Shown here: positions 57,845-64,000 of the stretch, one piece after another
Numbering within the stretch: position 1 is the stretch's first letter
How the letters are laid out: the number at the start of each line of letters is the position of its first letter
Assembly (NCBI GenBank): GCA_023244895.1
Contig: JAHFLL010000001.1
Coordinates: 268,009-332,008, forward strand
Direction: 5' to 3'
Length of the DNA stretch: 64,000 nt
Source of the DNA: Candidatus Liptonbacteria bacterium
GTDB lineage: Bacteria; Patescibacteriota; Minisyncoccia; UBA6257; 2-01-FULL-56-20
Made by a program: the position numbers and the translations under genes
The notes under the pieces: model-generated
What the model saw: the letters and a program-made list of their open reading frames with translations, nothing else
Told to the model about the DNA's origin: nothing
The model's database searches: none

Positions 57845-58492
57845 ATGAAAGAGCTTATTTTAAGGAATAAATTGGCTTGGACGAATCGCAATTTTCTGAT
57901 TAGCACACTTCTTGGTCTGGCGCTGTTGCTTATTGGTTTCATCGTCACTTATTATGCCAATGCGTTTGCTACCGTGAGCGCCAGCAATTATGTTTCTGAC
58001 TTGATTTTAGATAACGTACCGGTTATGGGCGTAGATTTTTTATATTATCGGGGCATATTGATATTTATCGCTTTCCTTACCTTAATTCTATTTTACGAGC
58101 CCAAAAGGATTCCTTTCATCCTTAAAATCATCGCGGTTTTTTATCTGGTAAGATCGTTTTTTATGATTCTTACTCATCTGGCTCTACCGATAGATGTCTC
58201 TTCGGAATCCTTAAGTTCTGTTTCCAACTTTTTAAGTTCCGGCGCGGACCTATTCTTTTCGGGCCACGCGGGTGCGCCCTTTATCATTGCCTTGGCTTTT
58301 TGGAATAACAAGACCTTGCGCTTTATATTTCTTGCCGGTTCCGTGTTCGGGGCGCTTATGGTCATTCTTGGGCATATGCATTATTCCATAGATGTATTTT
58401 CCGCCTACTTCATCGCTTATGGAATTTATAAATTCTGCCAATACTTTTTTAGAGAAGATCACCAAAGAGCCGGATTGGGTCGCCCTATATAA
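57845..58492 (+). CDS. PAP2-superfamily membrane phosphatase-like protein
   Basis: FFSGHAG and GHMHYSIDV motifs (SGH and H...D), multiple TM. Confidence 0.5.
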   Translation: MKELILRNKLAWTNRNFLISTLLGLALLLIGFIVTYYANAFATVSASNYVSDLILDNVPVMGVDFLYYRGILIFIAFLTLILFYEPKRIPFILKIIAVFYLVRSFFMILTHLALPIDVSSESLSSVSNFLSSGADLFFSGHAGAPFIIALAFWNNKTLRFIFLAGSVFGALMVILGHMHYSIDVFSAYFIAYGIYKFCQYFFREDHQRAGLGRPI

Positions 58493-58523
58493 AATATTAA
58501 GCCCGACGTGATTCGTTATCCCT

Positions 58524-58772
58524 ATGCACTTCGTCTATATTCTTAAATGTGCCGATAAGTCCCTGTACACCGGCTGCACCAACAATCTTGAGAAAAGATT
58601 AGAGGAGCATAATAATTCCAAAAAGGGAGCGCGCTATACCAAAGCTCGGCGCCCCGTAAAACTTATTTATCAAGAGAGATTTAGAACTCTCCACCGTGCC
58701 CGTGCGCGGGAAGCCGAAATAAAAAGCTGGCCGAGGGAGAAGAAGTTGGACTTGATAGATAAATCTAAATGA
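58524..58772 (+). CDS. GIY-YIG nuclease family small protein (UPF0213-like)
   Basis: [28 protein letters not shown]. Confidence 0.7.
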   Translation: MHFVYILKCADKSLYTGCTNNLEKRLEEHNNSKKGARYTKARRPVKLIYQERFRTLHRARAREAEIKSWPREKKLDLIDKSK

Positions 58773-59173
58773 TTCAAAACCGCATGTCTCTAAAAACAAT
58801 AAAAAGAATTATAGTCGGGGTTGTCGCGCTGATTCTAGTGCTCACGGTGCTGGAATTTCCGGCGCCGGTTGGGTTTGAGGTTAGACCGCAAGATAATGTT
58901 TCTCTGTGGTGGCTAGCCTTATTTTTGGCCAGTCTAGCATCTGAAATAGCCACGATTTCACTGGTCTTTAGATGGCCGAGCTTGGGCGCGAAATTTGGGC
59001 TTCTAGCCGCGACTCTCAATATCTTGCAGGTTGTCGCCGACCAGACTCACATGATGCAACCGGAAATAGCCCCTTTGGGATATTTGCTTTTGGAAGACGC
59101 TGTGGCGTTCGCTTCTTTGGCATTGAGTTACTTCTCTTGGAAGATTTTAACGATATATAAATCTCGTTCCTAA
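58769..59173 (+). CDS. Small membrane protein, hypothetical
   Basis: 3-4 TM segments. Start overlaps the upstream stop. Confidence 0.4.
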   Translation: MIQNRMSLKTIKRIIVGVVALILVLTVLEFPAPVGFEVRPQDNVSLWWLALFLASLASEIATISLVFRWPSLGAKFGLLAATLNILQVVADQTHMMQPEIAPLGYLLLEDAVAFASLALSYFSWKILTIYKSRS

Positions 59174-59249
59174 GCTGAATAAAGCTTCACTTGTTTCCTG
59201 TTTGGGAGGGGATTAGTATTAGGGGCAATACAGGAGCCTTAATTTATAT

Positions 59250-60059
59250 ATGTTCAGACAGCTCAAGCAAGCCTCGGTCATTATCAGCTCGGCGTTCCAG
59301 AGAATGCTGAGCTATCAATTTTCAGTCATAACTTACCGCATCGGCGAAGTCGCGGAGGTTTTGGTTCTTATTCTGATGTGGAGCGCCATTTATTCTAGTG
59401 GCAATGGCGCGGTTAAGGGTTTTACCTTAAACGAGATGATTACCTATGTTCTGGTCGGTAATCTTTGCGCGGTAGCCGTCCGAAGTTTTCTGCCTTCTGT
59501 CGTCGCGCGCGACATTGAAGAGGGCAAGTTGTCTATGTTCCTCGTCAAACCGATACCTTACATAAAATATATATTTTTAAACGAATTGGGGCGCATTTTC
59601 CTTTCTACCGTGCTCTCCGTGATATCTCAGCTATGCGTCATATTATTTTTCTTGGATAGAATATTTATCAATACGGACTGGAGATATATCTGCTTAATAT
59701 TCTTAATGCTTATCCTCGCATTTATTATTGAACTCTTAATCGGTTTCCTGATAGGCGCGATAGCTTTCTGGACAGAAGAGGTGAACGGCTTGCAGACCAC
59801 GTTAGAGCGCATAAAAAGATTTTTCTCGGGTGGTTACTTCCCGCTTAGTCTTCTGCCAATATATCTTATAACCGCCAGCAAATACCTCCCGTTCCAGTAT
59901 TCTTTTTTTGCGCCCGCCCAGCTGTATCTTAAAAAAGTTGATTTGGGCCAAGGTCTAGAGGGTATATTGATTCAAGTTGTGTGGGTGATACTACTATCCC
60001 TTATAGTGCGCGTAGTGTGGCATATGGGATTGCGTAAATATGAAGCAGTTGGATCTTAA
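59250..60059 (+). CDS. ABC-2 family transporter permease
   Basis: Six TM segments. Adjacent to the ATPase. Confidence 0.6.
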   Translation: MFRQLKQASVIISSAFQRMLSYQFSVITYRIGEVAEVLVLILMWSAIYSSGNGAVKGFTLNEMITYVLVGNLCAVAVRSFLPSVVARDIEEGKLSMFLVKPIPYIKYIFLNELGRIFLSTVLSVISQLCVILFFLDRIFINTDWRYICLIFLMLILAFIIELLIGFLIGAIAFWTEEVNGLQTTLERIKRFFSGGYFPLSLLPIYLITASKYLPFQYSFFAPAQLYLKKVDLGQGLEGILIQVVWVILLSLIVRVVWHMGLRKYEAVGS

Positions 60060-60062
60060 AAT

Positions 60063-61040
60063 ATGGACATAATCCGCGTTAAAAATTTAGTAAAAAGTTA
60101 CGAGATATATCGCAAAGAGCCGGGCTTGTGGGGCTCGGTAAAATCCTTCTTCTACCGTAAGAAGGATTTCGCGGAAGCGGTCAAGGATATTTCTTTTACC
60201 ATTAAAGAAGGGGAGGTGGTCGGGTTTTTGGGTCCGAATGGTGCCGGTAAGACCACGACTCTCAAGATATTGTCCGGGATTTTGTATCCGACTTCCGGTA
60301 GCGTGGAAGTGTTGGGCTTTACTCCTTACGACCGAAAAAAAGAGTTTAAAAAACAGTTTGGCATAGTAATGGGCCAAAAAGACCAGCTGGTGCGGATGCT
60401 TCCGGCTATGGACAACTTTCTGCTTTTTAAAGAGTTCTATGAGGCACCGGAAGGAGAATTTGATAAGACTCTGGAAGAGCTTATAGAGCTTTTGGATGTA
60501 AAAGAATTTTTGAATATTCCAGTCAGAAAGCTATCTCTCGGCCAGCGTATGCGCTGTGAGCTAATCGCCGCCCTACTCCACAATCCCAAAGTGCTTTTAT
60601 TGGATGAACCGACCATCGGCTTAGACGTAGTCGCTCAAAAGAACATTCGGGATTTTATACGAAAATATAATCAGAAGAAGAAGACTACCATTCTCTTAAC
60701 CTCTCACTATATGGATGACATTAAGGAGTTATGCGAGCGGGTCATTATTATTAACTTTGGCAAAATAATTTACGATGGCAAGCTGGCAGATCTAATATCC
60801 AGATATGCCACGGAAAAAATCATTAAGATCACCGCGACCGATACTATTTCTAAAGAGTCTTTAGGGAAATTTGGACGGGTGGAGGATTATCAGGGCATTC
60901 GGGCACTGATACGCGTTCCCAGGGATAGGGTCAAATCCGTGGCGGCGGAGATTATCAGTTCCAATCTGCCAGTGGACGATATTTTCATAGAAGACATGCC
61001 GATTAGCGACATCGTGCGAGCGATATTTGAGGGCAGGTAA
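60063..61040 (+). CDS. ABC transporter ATP-binding protein (ABC-2 exporter type)
   Basis: GPNGAGKTTTLKIL, LSLGQRMRCELIAALL, LLLDEPTIGLD. Confidence 0.85.
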   Translation: MDIIRVKNLVKSYEIYRKEPGLWGSVKSFFYRKKDFAEAVKDISFTIKEGEVVGFLGPNGAGKTTTLKILSGILYPTSGSVEVLGFTPYDRKKEFKKQFGIVMGQKDQLVRMLPAMDNFLLFKEFYEAPEGEFDKTLEELIELLDVKEFLNIPVRKLSLGQRMRCELIAALLHNPKVLLLDEPTIGLDVVAQKNIRDFIRKYNQKKKTTILLTSHYMDDIKELCERVIIINFGKIIYDGKLADLISRYATEKIIKITATDTISKESLGKFGRVEDYQGIRALIRVPRDRVKSVAAEIISSNLPVDDIFIEDMPISDIVRAIFEGR

Positions 61041-61058
61041 TTAAGACCGACCTTCAAT

Positions 61059-61412
61059 CTATTTTTCCGGAAAACTCAGGCGCTCAAAGACGCTGCGAAT
61101 CATCATCCTATTGCCCGCGATCAAAGCTACGTTTAAGTCGCTCGCGAACTTGCCCAGCTTGTTCTCAAACACCCGAGCTTTTGCTCGGTCTGCGGTTTTG
61201 CAGGCAAAGTTTGTTTGAGTCATCTCCGCCAGCGCCCGGCGATAGTGCCCAACCGACTCCCGAAGCTCTTCGTCTCCACCCGAAGTAAGAGCCTTGTCCA
61301 GATTTGTACCCGCCTTGCCCAGCGCCAACGAGAAGTAGGCCCAGCTTTCGGGCCTGTTTACCTTGCGAATCTCCTCTGGCGGAAGAAACTCCGGACGCAA
61401 CTTATCAAACAT
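61059..61412 (-). CDS. 117-aa hypothetical protein, moderately GC-elevated, SD-like GGAGG next to the ATG
   Basis: ORF with no recognised domain. GC is about 54%, above the local background. Confidence 0.35.
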   Translation of the reverse strand: MFDKLRPEFLPPEEIRKVNRPESWAYFSLALGKAGTNLDKALTSGGDEELRESVGHYRRALAEMTQTNFACKTADRAKARVFENKLGKFASDLNVALIAGNRMMIRSVFERLSFPEK

Positions 61413-61568
61413 GCCTCCACTCTACTCTCTTTGTCCCATCCCGTCCATTATTTAAGCCATAGTTCTTGCAGTGTCGGCGCGTTTCTCGGTCCTGTTTTTT
61501 GGTTTGCACCACCCTCTATCTTTTGTTATTTTTTAATAAGACCAAACAAAAATATAAATTTTTTAAAA

Positions 61569-62000
61569 ATGAACAAAATATTAATTGCGGGATTGATAAT
61601 AATATTAGTTTTATTGGGGGTTTATTTTTATTGGCCTAGCGAAAAGCAGGCGCGAATGGAAAATATTCCGACCGTCAGCGAAAGAGACCCGAATCCGCCC
61701 GCTTCCTATCCGGGTAGGTGGCGAAGCGATGAAGACGCCAAATATGAACTGGAATTCTTAGCGAGCGGTTCTTTTGTGGAATATTATGATGGTAAGGAAA
61801 CCGAAAAAGGCACTTGGCTGGAGACGCCGAGCCTGGGCGCCGAGGCGAGCAACTATGGAGACCTAGGGACGTCTGGGCCGTTTCTAAAACTTCAGCGCGG
61901 AGATGGTCCCTACCTATACAAGGTTTTGAAAGAGGACTCTGCCTCTCTTCAGATTATTTATCTGGGCCGGGGCAATACCCTGAGCTTCACCAGAGAGTAG
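61569..62000 (+). CDS. Membrane-anchored/secreted hypothetical protein (143 aa)
   Basis: Start moved to the internal ATG (MNKILIAGLIIILVLLGVYFYWP). The upstream ORF extension is antisense to the previous gene. Confidence 0.5.
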   Translation: MNKILIAGLIIILVLLGVYFYWPSEKQARMENIPTVSERDPNPPASYPGRWRSDEDAKYELEFLASGSFVEYYDGKETEKGTWLETPSLGAEASNYGDLGTSGPFLKLQRGDGPYLYKVLKEDSASLQIIYLGRGNTLSFTRE

Positions 62001-62064
62001 TTTAATTTGTTGGACGGTTTAAATTTACGTACATAAGCATGTAAGACCGTGGTATAATAGATTT

Positions 62065-62262
62065 ATGGAAGAAGATATATTGAAAAGAATTGAACAGCAG
62101 GAGAAGAGGCTGGAGGAGATTTATGTTTCCGTGGAGAAGACCAGGAAATATTTTCTCTGGACGATGATCATCACGGTAATCACAATCGTGTTGCCCCTAA
62201 TCGGTTTAGCGGTTGTGATCCCCATGCTTTTCAGCACTTACACTAGCGCCCTGGGTATTTAA
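62065..62262 (+). CDS. Small membrane protein with a coiled N-terminus
   Basis: -10 TGGTATAAT lies 6 nt upstream, implying a leaderless mRNA. One C-terminal TM. Confidence 0.4.
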   Translation: MEEDILKRIEQQEKRLEEIYVSVEKTRKYFLWTMIITVITIVLPLIGLAVVIPMLFSTYTSALGI

Positions 62263-62275
62263 TTTGTGGTGAGTC

Positions 62276-62779
62276 ATGAAGATTTTTAGCCGCAGGAAAC
62301 TGGACCCCAGGAAAAAAGACACGGGACCATTTTATGTTACCGCGCAGGGGCTCGCGGGTCTTAAGCAACAGCTCGCGCATCTTAAGAGTGTTTTGCCGGG
62401 CTATATCGCGGAAACCGCACGCACCGCGGCTTATGGCGACAGGTCGGACAACGCGGAATATAAAGACGCGAAGGGGACTTTGCGCCGGACCAACTATCGC
62501 ATATTGGAGTTGGAGGACCAGCTAAAGCGGGCGGAAATTATCAAATCCGGATTCAATTCTTCCGGAATAGTGGAGCTGGGGTCCACGGTTGTGCTGAGCG
62601 CGGGCCAATCCCAGAAAAGTTTTCAAATTGTCGGCCCACACGAAACTAATCCCGGCGAGGGGCGCATTTCGCACCAGTCTCCGCTCGGTTCGGCTCTCTT
62701 GGGTCACAAGAAAGGCGACGTGGTTAAAGTTAAAATAGCCAACGCCTGGCTGGAATATGGCATATTAGAGGTAAGATGA
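62276..62779 (+). CDS. greA: Transcription elongation factor GreA
   Basis: YGDRSDNAEYKDAK, HQSPLGSALLGHKKGDVV. Confidence 0.75.
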   Translation: MKIFSRRKLDPRKKDTGPFYVTAQGLAGLKQQLAHLKSVLPGYIAETARTAAYGDRSDNAEYKDAKGTLRRTNYRILELEDQLKRAEIIKSGFNSSGIVELGSTVVLSAGQSQKSFQIVGPHETNPGEGRISHQSPLGSALLGHKKGDVVKVKIANAWLEYGILEVR

Positions 62780-62841
62780 AGCCGGGGCGTTAAGAAGTAT
62801 GTGAATTCCATAAGCAACCGTTTTGGTGCTAAACTGGGGAC

Positions 62842-63795
62842 GTGAAAAACATAGTCACTATCGGTGGTGGGAGCGGCAGTTTCGTGGTTTTAAGCGCGCT
62901 TAAGCGCTATCCCGTCAACCTCTCCGCTATTATTTCCATGGCGGATGACGGGGGATCCACGGGGATGTTGCGCGATCAGTATGGCGCCCTGCCCCCGGGC
63001 GATATCCGGCGTGCCCTGGTAGCTCTTTCGGAATCGTCCGAGACTATGCGCAACCTATTTAATTATCGTTTCGAGAGTGGTGGTTTGGGCGGACACAGCT
63101 TCGGCAACCTATTCATTACCGCCCTTGAAAAGACTACCGGCAGTTTCGCTTCCGCCCTGCAGGAGGTTTCCAATATTTTAAACATTAACGGAGAGGTCGT
63201 GCCGGTAACTTTTGACGACGTGCGCTTATACGCGAAGCTGGAAGATGGGAAAATTTTAAAAGGGGAGACGAATATAGATATACCCGTTCATATAGATCGT
63301 TCTCCGATTGAGAGGGTTTGGCTCGCGCCGGAAGCAAGGATAAATCCCAGTGTGCGACGAGTGTTGAAAACGGCGGATTTAATTGTTATCGGTCCGGGAG
63401 ACATATACACCAGCATTTTGCCTAATTTTCTAGTTAAGGGAGTGGCGGAAGAAATCCGCAAATCCAGGGCGGTTAAGGTGTATATCTGCAACCTAATGAC
63501 TAAGCAAGGCGAGACGGACGGATATGCCGGTAAGGATTATCTCAAAAAAATAGAAGAATATCTGGGTAAGGGCGCGATAGATTACGTTATTTTTAACAAC
63601 AAGCGTCCGACCGAGAGGGTGATGAAAAAGTACCGCAAGGAAAACGCCAAGTTTGTAGAGATTGCCGGCATCGGCGAGAAAATTGGTAGAACCAAGTGCA
63701 TTTATTCCGACCTATTGGATTATGAAAAAGTTGTGCGTCACGGTCCGCCCCGCAAATTGGCCGGTATCTTGTTGCGCCTGATAGAAGGGGTATAA
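62842..63795 (+). CDS. YvcK/CofD-like family protein (UPF0052, gluconeogenesis factor)
   Basis: GTG start. IGGGSGSFVVLSAL...MADDGGSTGMLR. Confidence 0.75.
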   Translation: MKNIVTIGGGSGSFVVLSALKRYPVNLSAIISMADDGGSTGMLRDQYGALPPGDIRRALVALSESSETMRNLFNYRFESGGLGGHSFGNLFITALEKTTGSFASALQEVSNILNINGEVVPVTFDDVRLYAKLEDGKILKGETNIDIPVHIDRSPIERVWLAPEARINPSVRRVLKTADLIVIGPGDIYTSILPNFLVKGVAEEIRKSRAVKVYICNLMTKQGETDGYAGKDYLKKIEEYLGKGAIDYVIFNNKRPTERVMKKYRKENAKFVEIAGIGEKIGRTKCIYSDLLDYEKVVRHGPPRKLAGILLRLIEGV

Positions 63796-63836
63796 CTCGG
63801 ACGTGTTTATCCCTGGCGTGGTGCTATGATGACTAT

Positions 63837-64000
63837 GTGGAATACGTAGCCAAAAGAGAACCCCTTAGCTCGCTGTCTCATTCTGTGGGAGTGGTTTTGT
63901 CTATTGTGGCGTTGATTTTCCTTATTCTCTCCGCCGTAGAGAACGGTACCGCTCGGAATATCGTTGGCTTCACTATTTTCGGAACGAGTTTGATTCTCTT
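63837..64000 (+). CDS. Hemolysin-III/YqfA family channel protein, 3'-truncated at window edge
   Basis: Open frame reaches the window end: ...SLSHSVGVVLSIVALIFLILSAVENGTARNIVGFTIFGTSLIL. Start (GTG at 63837) is tentative and no ATG is in frame. Confidence 0.4.
   Translation, partial: MEYVAKREPLSSLSHSVGVVLSIVALIFLILSAVENGTARNIVGFTIFGTSLIL

Noticed and set aside
61215-61568. Upstream 118 codons of ORF 61215..62000
   Set aside because: They are antisense to gene 61059..61412. The true start is at the signal-anchor Met at 61569.

Overview
This 64 kb window looks like a chromosomal segment from a reduced-genome bacterium, probably CPR/Patescibacteria-like. Evidence for this is the short EF-Ts and AspRS, GerMN-domain proteins, a 16S gene not followed by 23S, and many small hypothetical membrane or secreted proteins. 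Background GC is about 45%, genes are tightly packed, and most are on the plus strand.

Recognisable content:
- Translation and RNA metabolism genes: aspS, glyQS, efp, frr, tsf, rpsB, rpsP, rplS, rpmE, rpmF, rnhA, rnhB, rnc, nusB, greA, mnmA, rsgA, and a release-factor-like gene.
- A complete 16S rRNA, RNase P RNA on the minus strand, and three tRNAs: Leu-GAG, Tyr-GTA and Gln-TTG.
- Cell envelope and transport genes: mreB, rseP, an HTH-MurA fusion, MacAB/HlyD-like efflux, an ABC-2 exporter, NRAMP, MgtC, PAP2 and SPFH.
- Assorted enzymes: DHH phosphoesterase, several NUDIX hydrolases, an ATP-grasp protein, SDR, pepA, CobA/BtuR adenosyltransferase, HIT, a SET-domain protein, and a YerC/TrpR-like regulator.

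Three things stand out:
1. Host genes have no Shine-Dalgarno (SD) sequences. Many have a TATAAT-like -10 box only 5-8 nt upstream of the ATG, which would make the mRNAs leaderless or nearly so. The 16S 3' tail appears to lack the CCUCC anti-SD.
2. At least seven compact GC-rich islands (about 60-65% GC) sit in intergenic positions. Each carries its own sigma70-like promoter, a strong GGAGG-type SD, small genes or an ncRNA, and a rho-independent terminator. Their signals differ sharply from the host's.
3. The YerC-like regulator is flanked by two near-identical promoter plus 16 bp perfect-palindrome modules. The second module points into a polypurine leader with alternative hairpins, upstream of a GC-rich GCS2-like ligase gene.

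No CRISPR array, integrase or transposase was seen.
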